From Campylobacterales bacterium (GTDB taxonomy: Bacteria > Campylobacterota > Campylobacteria > Campylobacterales > Sulfurimonadaceae), in NCBI GenBank assembly GCA_038205935.1, contig JBBRBK010000002.1:37839-101838 (forward strand): a stretch of 64,000 nt of DNA, in the 5' to 3' direction. Below, in pieces: positions 9,676 through 18,179 of this stretch. The translations under genes and the position numbers were made by a program. Position 1 is the stretch's first letter; each line of letters starts with the position of its first letter. The notes below the pieces were generated by a model. The model worked only from the letters and a program-made list of their open reading frames with translations. It ran no database searches and was not told where the DNA came from.

Positions 9676-11880
9676 TTATTGTTTTAGACCTATAAGAGTC
9701 TGAAGAAGTTGATCCGAAGTTGTAATAGTTTTAGAGTTTGCCTGATATCCTCTTTGGATAACGATGAGCTCTGTGAGTGAGCGTGAAAGATCGACGTTTG
9801 ATGACTCAAGTGCCGAACTTTGGATAAATCCGCGTCCGCCAGTTGCAGCAGTTCCATAGATCGGATCTCCCGAGTTTGCTGATTGTGTATAAAGATTTCC
9901 ACCCTCAACAGAAAGACCGCCGTTATTTGCAAATTTTGCCATTGCAATTTGTGCAAGACCAAAACTTCTACCATTTGTAAACGACCCAACTAGAGTACCA
10001 CTTTGATCAATACGAATCCCTACTAAATCTCCACCAGTAAAACCATCTTGACTAATACCCGATGTTGCAGATTTGCTATCAAAACTTGTTAGTCCATCAA
10101 ATGCGCCTGTTGTGCCTAAAGAAAGGTTGACTGGTTGATTTGGTTTTGAACCGTTGTTTGCTGAAAATGTTAGATTTGTTATGGTATTCCCTGCATTTTT
10201 GAGTGAACCATCCGGATTAAACTCTACAGTTCCAAGCACGATATTTGATGGTTGACCTAGAGTTCCTGCCGGAGATGGATTGAGCGTGCTCGGTGGTGGA
10301 ACTGTAACGCTCACATCCCAAGTACTTCCTTTTGTAGGATCAAAAGAAGATTTTGTAAAATCTACTTTTACTGTGTGTTTTGAACCAAGTGAATCATAAA
10401 TATCGATACTCGCAGAGTGTGTCGGCACACTAAAGGCTTGCGATGAACGTGTTGTTGCGCTTCCCGCGGGAAGAGAACCGCTTAATGCGCCGATCATAGT
10501 ATCAAAATTTGTATTGGCAATGGTTGTGGCACTTGTAAAAGGAGTCACTGTGATGTTCATATTTATATTAGTTACTGCGTCAGGATTTGATACTTGAAAC
10601 TTTCCAGTTGAGTCAACCGTTACCTTCGCATTTGGATTGTCTACAGCACCTAACATATCAGTATTTTGTGCAAGGTTTTGCAATCCGTTACGAAGATCCT
10701 CACTATTAGTAAAATAGTATACACTATTAGTAGGTAAGTTCCATCCGACTTGATTTACACTTCCATCCGTATATATAAACTGTTTGGAAGGCGAATCATT
10801 AGCGGTAATCAAACCAGATTTTGCTCCTGTTGCACCGACTACTAGATCTATGTTTGTGTGCGTTCCAGAATTATCATTTGAAAGAGTGATCTTACCAGTT
10901 GCATCAACTGATGCAGTGACACCCGTTGAGGTTTGTATAGCATTGATTGCAGCAGCGATTGTGTTACCATCTGTCACAGGATTACCTGTTAATGGACCAA
11001 CATTTGCTATTGGTATGGTATTTATTTTAATATCAGTACCAGTAATTGTGTCAGTTGCAACGGCAGTAGGAAAGGTAGAAGCCGGAACTTGAGCACTCCT
11101 AAATCCAATGTTTTCACCTTGACCATTTTGCAAAAGAATAGCTTGACCACTTCCGTTGACCATAACATTCATATTTTGCGCGTGTTCTATTCTTGTCCCA
11201 TTTTTATCTTGTAAAATCAAATTTGATGTTTCATTGTTGGCTTCACCGGCATCAAGTACCCCATTGCCATTTAAATCGACTGCTCCATGAACTGAATCAA
11301 GTGCGCTGATAGCTCCAAAAGTGTTGACGATAGCTCCAGAATCAAGATTCGCTTTGAGAACAACTTCCGTACTAGCTTGTGCCGGAGTTGTTAGTCCCGA
11401 TGGAATGCTAATTGGTGTGATTGGAGCTGTGGAATCGACTTTTCCAGTCACTGGATCACGGAGCCAGCCTTGAACTACATATCCGTTATTGTCTACAAAG
11501 TTTCCTGATGCATCAAAACTAAAATCTCCGTTACGGGTGAATGAGTTTGTTTTTCCAGCGTCACTACTGACAACAAAAAAACCATCACCCTGAATGGCAC
11601 AGTCGGTATTTTTGTCAGTATTTTGCACAGAACCTTGAGAGTCGATGCGAGTCATAGAACTGATCGTTGTTCCAAGACCGACTCCAGTAGAGTTTTTACC
11701 ACCAAGGTCGCCTTGTGGAGCCGTTGCAATTTGATTTACTTGTGAAAGTAGGTTTGAAAAGTTTGCACGAGAATATTTAAAACCCACAGTGTTAACGTTA
11801 GCGATATTGTTTGATTCAACATCCATCGCGATTTGATGCGCCTGAAGACCAGAAACGCCAGAAGACAGAGACTTTAACAT
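9676..11880 (-). CDS. flgE: Flagellar hook protein FlgE (long form)
   Basis: SNNIANVNTVGFK; LESSNVDLS...QRGYQANSKTITTSD. Confidence 0.95.
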   Translation of the reverse strand: MLKSLSSGVSGLQAHQIAMDVESNNIANVNTVGFKYSRANFSNLLSQVNQIATAPQGDLGGKNSTGVGLGTTISSMTRIDSQGSVQNTDKNTDCAIQGDGFFVVSSDAGKTNSFTRNGDFSFDASGNFVDNNGYVVQGWLRDPVTGKVDSTAPITPISIPSGLTTPAQASTEVVLKANLDSGAIVNTFGAISALDSVHGAVDLNGNGVLDAGEANNETSNLILQDKNGTRIEHAQNMNVMVNGSGQAILLQNGQGENIGFRSAQVPASTFPTAVATDTITGTDIKINTIPIANVGPLTGNPVTDGNTIAAAINAIQTSTGVTASVDATGKITLSNDNSGTHTNIDLVVGATGAKSGLITANDSPSKQFIYTDGSVNQVGWNLPTNSVYYFTNSEDLRNGLQNLAQNTDMLGAVDNPNAKVTVDSTGKFQVSNPDAVTNINMNITVTPFTSATTIANTNFDTMIGALSGSLPAGSATTRSSQAFSVPTHSASIDIYDSLGSKHTVKVDFTKSSFDPTKGSTWDVSVTVPPPSTLNPSPAGTLGQPSNIVLGTVEFNPDGSLKNAGNTITNLTFSANNGSKPNQPVNLSLGTTGAFDGLTSFDSKSATSGISQDGFTGGDLVGIRIDQSGTLVGSFTNGRSFGLAQIAMAKFANNGGLSVEGGNLYTQSANSGDPIYGTAATGGRGFIQSSALESSNVDLSRSLTELIVIQRGYQANSKTITTSDQLLQTLIGLKQ

Positions 11881-11915
11881 TTTAAATCCTTTTCTGCTAT
11901 ATAAGTAAAGATGAT

Positions 11916-11932
11916 AAGCAATTTATATTCCA
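11916..11932 (-). promoter_or_regulatory. Sigma54 -24/-12 promoter of flgE
   Basis: Minus strand TGGAATATAAATTGCTT = GG-N10-GC. Confidence 0.8.
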
Positions 11933-11934
11933 TA

Positions 11935-13200
11935 TTATTTATGCATCTGTAAAGCTTTTTGTATCATCTGGTCACCCGTTGTGATAAGCTTTGCTGCAGC
12001 GTCATAGGCACGCTGATAGATTATGAGGTCTGTAAGCCCTGCTGTAGGGTCTACGTTTGAGCTCTCTAAAGTATTGGTCATAACCGTTGAACCGTTGATA
12101 TTGTTACCATTGGCATCTTGGTAAAAAAGTGGCTTTCCACTGTTTGCACTTTGTAAAAAATTTGTTCCGTTGATATTATTTAAACCTTGATCGTTTACAA
12201 AATGAAAGACACCTATTTTTGCCATGGAAACTTGTTTACCATTTGTAAAGGTAGCCATAACTTCAGCATTTTCATTGATCTTGTATCCCATAAGATCCCC
12301 TCGAGGGAGTCCGTTGGCCTGAGAGGAAGATGTTACTGCTGAAGCATTTGATGTGATACCCGCGTAACCGGTTCCTAGGTTAAGAGCGACAGTTGTTCCA
12401 TTATTATTTATAGAACCAAGAGTTGAGCTCAGTAGCGCTCCAGTTGAATCGAAAAGCATAGTTCCTGTTGTTGTATCATATACAGTTGGTGTGCCATTTA
12501 ATGGAGCAGGCGAACTTACTTTTGCAGTCACATCCCATGAGAGGCCCGTTGCAGGTTGAGGTACTGTTTTAGTAAAAGTAAGAGCAAGGGCATTTTTATT
12601 GCCCTGCGCATCAACCATCGTTGCACCCATAGTTTGTACGGTACTGTCTTGTCCTAGATTGCCGGTAAAGGAGACAAAAGTTGTTGGTTCTGCAGGATAG
12701 GTCAAAGTCTCAGGAAGTTTGATGCTGGTTTGAGAGCCCGCCGCACCAAGATTTGTTGTGGTCTGTTTGGAAGTTAAAACATTGTTAGCATCAAAATTAC
12801 TTGCGAGTGTCCCAAGTACATAGTACCCATCTGCATTGACAAGATCTCTCGTGGCATCAAAATTGAATATACCATTTCTTGTATACATCGTCTGTCCTTG
12901 ACCCTGTATACCAAACCAGCCTTCTCCGTTTATGGCAAGATCAGTTCCGCTGTCAGTATTATTGATAGAACCTTCTTTGAGTATAGTTGGAGTAGCTTGA
13001 AGGCCCACGCCTACGCCAATAGTCGAATTAACGGGCCCTTTTGAACTAGATGAGACAGCATTTTCAAAGAGAGACTGAAACTCAATTCCGTTTCCCTTAA
13101 ATCCTACCGCATCTGCATTTGAAAGATTATTTGCAGTGACATCAATGCCGGATTGTTGGGCCATAAGAGCACTGATTCCTGTGTAATATCCCTGTGTCAT
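11935..13200 (-). CDS. Second, shorter FlgE-like hook/basal-body protein
   Basis: ANNLSNADAVGFK; LESSNVD...QRAYDAAAKLI; follows flgD. Confidence 0.9.
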   Translation of the reverse strand: MTQGYYTGISALMAQQSGIDVTANNLSNADAVGFKGNGIEFQSLFENAVSSSSKGPVNSTIGVGVGLQATPTILKEGSINNTDSGTDLAINGEGWFGIQGQGQTMYTRNGIFNFDATRDLVNADGYYVLGTLASNFDANNVLTSKQTTTNLGAAGSQTSIKLPETLTYPAEPTTFVSFTGNLGQDSTVQTMGATMVDAQGNKNALALTFTKTVPQPATGLSWDVTAKVSSPAPLNGTPTVYDTTTGTMLFDSTGALLSSTLGSINNNGTTVALNLGTGYAGITSNASAVTSSSQANGLPRGDLMGYKINENAEVMATFTNGKQVSMAKIGVFHFVNDQGLNNINGTNFLQSANSGKPLFYQDANGNNINGSTVMTNTLESSNVDPTAGLTDLIIYQRAYDAAAKLITTGDQMIQKALQMHK

Positions 13201-13208
13201 GTGTGTTC

Positions 13209-13892
13209 CTAATAAATTGTCTGAACGCTTGAAAGCGGAACGTAGTTAGGACCAACGCCTAAAAGTGTGTTAGTACCGTCAAATTTTACAGAGTCGATAG
13301 GATAAACGCCGACCTTCGTCGCTTTTTGTACACCGTTTGGATCTGTGTATGCCACACCAACATGATATGCACCAGCATCTGCAACTTTTCCAGTAGAATC
13401 TTTTCCATCCCATGAAAAGGAATATGTACCTTTTGTATTGGCAGCAATATCGATTGTAGCAACTTTATTTCCGTTAGTATCTGTAACAGTTGCCGTTCCA
13501 CTTGCTACATCGGATGGGAAATAGATAGGAAAAGTCACAGCCTGCCCATCCGCTTTTGTTGTGACCGTATCATCGCCAAGATCAGCTATTTTACCGATTG
13601 CAGAGACGGTTGAGAGCTGTTGAGAACTTTGAAGTGATGCTGAGAGAGCAGCAAGGGATTTGTTAGTATTATCCGCAGATTCTAGAGTTGCTAGCTGAGA
13701 TGTTTGTGATAAAATTTTGTCAGTATCCATTGGAGCTGTTGGATCTTGGTACTGCATTTCTGTGAGAAGTAGTTTTAAAAAATCATCTTTGCCTAAGGCA
13801 CTAGAGGGATTATTTAGCGTAGAACTAGATGTTTTTATTGCCGCAGTTTGTACGGTAGATGCTGCTGCCGGTGTTGTGTTTGTTACTGACAT
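13209..13892 (-). CDS. flgD: Flagellar hook-capping protein
   Basis: LGKDDFLKLLLTEMQYQDPTAPMD. Confidence 0.95.
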   Translation of the reverse strand: MSVTNTTPAAASTVQTAAIKTSSSTLNNPSSALGKDDFLKLLLTEMQYQDPTAPMDTDKILSQTSQLATLESADNTNKSLAALSASLQSSQQLSTVSAIGKIADLGDDTVTTKADGQAVTFPIYFPSDVASGTATVTDTNGNKVATIDIAANTKGTYSFSWDGKDSTGKVADAGAYHVGVAYTDPNGVQKATKVGVYPIDSVKFDGTNTLLGVGPNYVPLSSVQTIY

Positions 13893-13902
13893 AATTTATC
13901 CT

Positions 13903-15768
13903 TTATACGTATCGTGGGATCACGATCTCTAAAGAGCTTAAAATCTCTTCACTTGTCTCATCCTGATTGAAAGCCTCGTATGCCTGTTTTGCACTTTCTT
14001 TTTGATGTCCATTTTGTTGCTGCTGTTGCTGACTTTGTGTGTCAGTTGAGCTATTAAAGTTTAATGAAGCATTATTCATTCCATTTTGAGTCAATTGAAC
14101 TTTCAAATCTCCTGCATTTTGTGAGAGCATATTGATCGCCGCACTGTTAGATGAGATGCTAACATGGACATTTTTACCACGCTGCACGACAGTAAGATCT
14201 ACTTCTCCAAACTTCTGGGGATTGAGTTTGACTTTTATCCTCGTAAAAGGTGGCTTGTAATCTTCTATGGCTTGCTTGATGTCTTGCGCAAGATATTTTA
14301 CGGCTTGTTTTGCTTCATTCATTTTCACGGTGAGATCAGCTTCTGTTTGCTTTACATGCACGCCGTTCCCTTGAGTCGCAGAGATCCCATGAGTTCCAAC
14401 CTCAGACGCAGTTTGTTCTGTTGTTTGTGTTGTTTGTTGATTTTCTCCATGTAAGAGTTGGCTTAAAACTGTTGAATTGGCTTTGATCTTTGCATCTGTT
14501 TTGATTTCTGTTTTAACATCTTTTTTTGCTTCAGCTATCTGTGTTTGAGCAGGAAGAATTTTATCTCCGTGAAGAAGCGCACTTAGTGGACTTTGCGGTT
14601 TTGTCGTGGATAATTCTTGAGATGGTTTGGACTGTTTTTTTCCTACTATCTCAGCTGTTGAATGTGCAGAGACTGTTTCATCAGGTACACTAAAAAGAGG
14701 CATCTTTTTGAGGGATTCATCTTGTGTGAGTGCTTGCGCTAAAACCGTGTCTTGTTTTTGGACTTGTTTTGGAGTCTCAACTTTTTCATTTTGAGGCTCG
14801 GTGCTCTTTACATGTAAGGCTTTATCGTCTTTTAGTGTGTCGGTTTTTGGTGTTTGAATTTTTTGTTCACTTTGCGCAGAAGTGACGGCCGGAGTATCAC
14901 TCTTTACATGTTGTTTGATATTTTCTTTTGAAATTTCTGATTTACTATCATTTTGATTTTTCGTAACGATAGAGGATTCTGTTTTTGAAGAGGGCTCATT
15001 TTTTAAAGGGATATTTTTATCATCTTTGGCGAGTAGTTCTGTCTTTTGGGCTAGCTTAGGATCATTTTTTGTGTCGATTTTCGATTTTGTTTCAAGGTCA
15101 GTTTTGGAAGTTTCTAATTTGCTATCATTTGGATTTTTTATAATAGCAGTAGCATCTGTCTTTTGGGCTAGCTTAGGATCATTTTTTGTGTCGATTTTCG
15201 ATTTTGTTTCAAGGTCAGTTGTAGTACTGTTTTTTATCTCTTTTGGAATTTTTGTCTGCACGGTTTCAACTGTTATCTTGCTGACATCGATTCCAACCTT
15301 TTTTGCAAGAGCGACTAAACCCTGCGTAGTTTTTGGAAGCTCTTTGATTTCACCCTTTTTAAAGGCATCAGTCTCTTTTATCTGCTCAGCGAGATAGTTT
15401 TTTGCATCTTTCATTACAGATTTTAAAGTTTTTGTATCAAGAGCATTAGCCAATACTGGATTGATAGAGTGTACTTTTTGTTCATCACCTTTGAGTAATG
15501 TAAGAAGATCAGATTTGCTTGTAGGCTCTTTTATCCCTTTAGAATCTATAGGAGTTTTTGTGTCCTTAGCAGCTATTTTGACGCTCGGTAACCCTTTTTT
15601 ATCATCAATATGCAAAGCTAAAACACCATTTTTTATGACAGGCGTATTACTTTTGGATGAGAGGGACTGTAAAAGAGCGGCAAAACTACCTGATTCAGAT
15701 TTTGAAGATTTAGATTTAACTGCAAGTGACAATGGTGATGCAACATCTTTTGTTTGGACTGTTATCAT
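13903..15768 (-). CDS. fliK: Flagellar hook-length control protein
   Basis: C-terminal KLNPQKFGEV domain, Gln-rich tail, low-complexity N-region, upstream of flgD. Confidence 0.9.
   Translation of the reverse strand: MITVQTKDVASPLSLAVKSKSSKSESGSFAALLQSLSSKSNTPVIKNGVLALHIDDKKGLPSVKIAAKDTKTPIDSKGIKEPTSKSDLLTLLKGDEQKVHSINPVLANALDTKTLKSVMKDAKNYLAEQIKETDAFKKGEIKELPKTTQGLVALAKKVGIDVSKITVETVQTKIPKEIKNSTTTDLETKSKIDTKNDPKLAQKTDATAIIKNPNDSKLETSKTDLETKSKIDTKNDPKLAQKTELLAKDDKNIPLKNEPSSKTESSIVTKNQNDSKSEISKENIKQHVKSDTPAVTSAQSEQKIQTPKTDTLKDDKALHVKSTEPQNEKVETPKQVQKQDTVLAQALTQDESLKKMPLFSVPDETVSAHSTAEIVGKKQSKPSQELSTTKPQSPLSALLHGDKILPAQTQIAEAKKDVKTEIKTDAKIKANSTVLSQLLHGENQQTTQTTEQTASEVGTHGISATQGNGVHVKQTEADLTVKMNEAKQAVKYLAQDIKQAIEDYKPPFTRIKVKLNPQKFGEVDLTVVQRGKNVHVSISSNSAAINMLSQNAGDLKVQLTQNGMNNASLNFNSSTDTQSQQQQQQNGHQKESAKQAYEAFNQDETSEEILSSLEIVIPRYV
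15038..15220. repeat. Exact 66-bp direct repeat inside fliK (15038-15103 and 15155-15220)
   Basis: Encodes TDLETKSKIDTKNDPKLAQKT twice, 117 bp apart. Confidence 0.95.
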
Positions 15769-15813
15769 AATCTACTCCAAAGTTCTCTACATGTAAGAGA
15801 TTTTTTATAATGA

Positions 15814-15831
15814 AAGCAATTGTTATTCCAG
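15814..15831 (-). promoter_or_regulatory. Sigma54 -24/-12 promoter of the fliK-flgD operon
   Basis: Minus strand CTGGAATAACAATTGCTT = GG-N10-GC. Confidence 0.8.
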
Positions 15832-15885
15832 AGATTATTTTTACTATGTAATCGAAGTGTAATTAATTTTTTTTATACTTCTTCC

Positions 15886-15976
15886 ATCGTGTTTGTCACC
15901 ACGATTTCATTTCATTTTCCTTATAAGCTTTGAGAGTTGGGCCGCCACCCTGTTTTCTCTCAATGCTTTTCCTTTT
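15886..15976 (+). ncRNA. Candidate small RNA
   Basis: TATACT at 15874-15879, two hairpins, TTCCTT linker, TTCCTTTT tail. Confidence 0.45.
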
Positions 15977-16007
15977 AAAGTAGAAAAAAACCTGATAAAA
16001 TGCCAAT

Positions 16008-16460
16008 ATGAATACATTATATATAATTGCTTCAGTTCTTATGCTGCTTATAGTTTTGATAATAGTAGTTTTTTTGATTATTAGATCAAATCAAGAAGAT
16101 TCTGATAGAAAAGCCAAAGCGGTATCAAACAGTACAAAAGTGCTCAGCCCAGAGCCAAAAATACCACATGATTTTGAGTCATTAAGAAAGATCATAAAAA
16201 ATAAGAAAAGCACTGCACTGCAGCTTAGTGAAGCTCTTGATCTCATCATCAAGTATCATGGAGAGATCCATCCAAAGCTCGGTATAAGAACACATCCAGA
16301 ATTTGACAACTATATAGATGTGATCATAAGGCTATGTCGTCATCCAAGAGCTGACTCCAAGATGGTTGTGAAGTTTGACAAAGAGCTCAGAGCCAAAAAC
16401 CCTACTTATGAAAAAGATATCAATGACGCAATCACAAAAGGGTTAAACTCAAGAGTTTAG
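16008..16460 (+). CDS. Single-TM membrane-anchored hypothetical protein
   Basis: Hydrophobic N-terminal helix followed by a helical soluble domain. Confidence 0.8.
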   Translation: MNTLYIIASVLMLLIVLIIVVFLIIRSNQEDSDRKAKAVSNSTKVLSPEPKIPHDFESLRKIIKNKKSTALQLSEALDLIIKYHGEIHPKLGIRTHPEFDNYIDVIIRLCRHPRADSKMVVKFDKELRAKNPTYEKDINDAITKGLNSRV

Positions 16461-17983
16461 GTATGTTTTACCTGACGTTTATTAAAGGCTGATGTTGCGC
16501 TCTCTTGAAGCGTTTGTTTGTCTTTATAATAGGGTTTGAGATATGTGGGAACAGCTCTTCCTTTGATTTTTAGAAGGTCTTGTATCATCTCTTTTGCGAC
16601 ATCTTTTTCTTCTAGATGAAGCTTACACCCAAAGGGTACTTCACATGTAAGGTATGAAAAAAGAAGTTCTGCTTGTCTGTCTAGAGAGATTTTATATGTT
16701 GATGAGGTCTGTTCATAGATCCACAAACTAAAATCAGAGAAGTTTTGATAGATCGCGCCATCTGTTTTTAAAAGATTGATAGCATTTTTAAAATTCCCAC
16801 TGTTATAGTAGATATCCCAAAAACGTGCAAATCTTTTCATATTTTGAATCTCTTTGAAGCTCACTTCACTTGTTTTTAAAATATCATAAGGGGGAATATC
16901 AGAATAAACCATACCAAAGGTTATATCGTGACGGTCGATGGCTGTTCCTGAGAGTTTTTTTAAGATGCCGATTTGTATCTCGCAACTACTCATTGAGATG
17001 AGCATATCAAGGTTCTTGCCAAAACTTATAAGATCTTCTCCGGGAAGTCCGACGATGAGGTCAAGATGAATATGCGCTGTTGTATGCTCTTCTAAAAAGG
17101 CGATGTTTTCTTTTATCTTGTCAAGTTTTAAAGGTCTGCTGATATTTTCTGCGATAACTTCATTGAGCGTTTGTATCCCTATCTCAAGCTGAAGTGCGCC
17201 GTGAGGAAAAAGAGCGATTTTTTCTTTGATAGATTCTGGAAAATGATCTGGAATCACCTCAAAATGGGCGAAATATTCTTCATTTTTAGAGAGAAAAAAG
17301 TCTAAAATTTTATTTGCAAGACGGATATTGATATTGAAAGTCCGATCTACAAACTTGAAGTTTCGAGCCCCTCGCTGCCAAAGTTTTTCAAACTCTTCCA
17401 TAAGAAGATCAAGATCAAAAGTACGAACTTTTTCATCCATAGAAGAGAGACAAAATTCACATGAAAATGGACATCCGCGCGAAGCTTCGACATAGATGTA
17501 ACGGTTTTTGATATCTTCGTCGGTGTAATATGCATAAGGAAAATTGACCTCTTTGAGGTTTTCCATGACAGGTTTGATGATGCGTGAGTCTGGTTTTTTA
17601 TTTTCGCTTATCATTTTGGCAAGCTTGTAAAAAGAGGTGTCGCCCTCGCCTTGAATGATAAAATCAGCCAAAGAATAATCCACACGAAAAGGCTCATAAC
17701 TCACTTCTGGTCCGCCGAGGATAATGGTCGTGCTTGGAGAAACTTTTTTGATAAGTTCGATGAGTTCTTTGACCTCTGTCGCATTCCAGATATAAACACC
17801 GATGCCCACAATAGAAGGTTCTTCATCGAGTATCTGTTCTGCGACACTTTGAAGTGCATCATTGATGCTAAATTCAAGTAGTTTTGTCTTACATGTAAGC
17901 TCTTTCATATTTGCCAAAATATAGCGAAGACCAAGTGATGAGTGTGTGAACCGTGAGTTCAAAGTTGTTAAAATTATATTCAT
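16457..17983 (-). CDS. B12-binding-domain radical SAM protein
   Basis: SRGCPFSCEFC (CxxxCxxC); N-terminal YIWN / LGGPE region. Confidence 0.92.
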   Translation of the reverse strand: MNIILTTLNSRFTHSSLGLRYILANMKELTCKTKLLEFSINDALQSVAEQILDEEPSIVGIGVYIWNATEVKELIELIKKVSPSTTIILGGPEVSYEPFRVDYSLADFIIQGEGDTSFYKLAKMISENKKPDSRIIKPVMENLKEVNFPYAYYTDEDIKNRYIYVEASRGCPFSCEFCLSSMDEKVRTFDLDLLMEEFEKLWQRGARNFKFVDRTFNINIRLANKILDFFLSKNEEYFAHFEVIPDHFPESIKEKIALFPHGALQLEIGIQTLNEVIAENISRPLKLDKIKENIAFLEEHTTAHIHLDLIVGLPGEDLISFGKNLDMLISMSSCEIQIGILKKLSGTAIDRHDITFGMVYSDIPPYDILKTSEVSFKEIQNMKRFARFWDIYYNSGNFKNAINLLKTDGAIYQNFSDFSLWIYEQTSSTYKISLDRQAELLFSYLTCEVPFGCKLHLEEKDVAKEMIQDLLKIKGRAVPTYLKPYYKDKQTLQESATSAFNKRQVKHT

Positions 17984-18000
17984 AAGGGATTATATCAAAT

Positions 18001-18136
18001 CAAAAGGAAAGTAGATGAAATTCTAAAGGAGTTAAGCAGACAAAGGGGGTGAAATCTGCCCAACTACACTTTAAATTTTTAAGGAGTGTATAAAATGAAA
18101 ATCTCTAAAAATGCTAAGGGGGAACATATTTGAGAT
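18001..18136 (-). ncRNA. Candidate small RNA with C/U-rich loops
   Basis: TATACT -10 (18142-18147); three hairpins, one needing G-U pairs possible only on the minus strand. Confidence 0.55.
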
Positions 18137-18179
18137 GTAAAAGTATAAGATTGTATAGTTAACCATTCGTAAATCGAAG

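Noticed and set aside
9676..13200. Two flgE paralogues as a novelty
   Set aside because: Two hook-gene paralogues are already known in Campylobacterota.
15893..16084. 63-aa ORF in the track
   Set aside because: No RBS; overlaps the real 16008 gene and the sRNA candidate.
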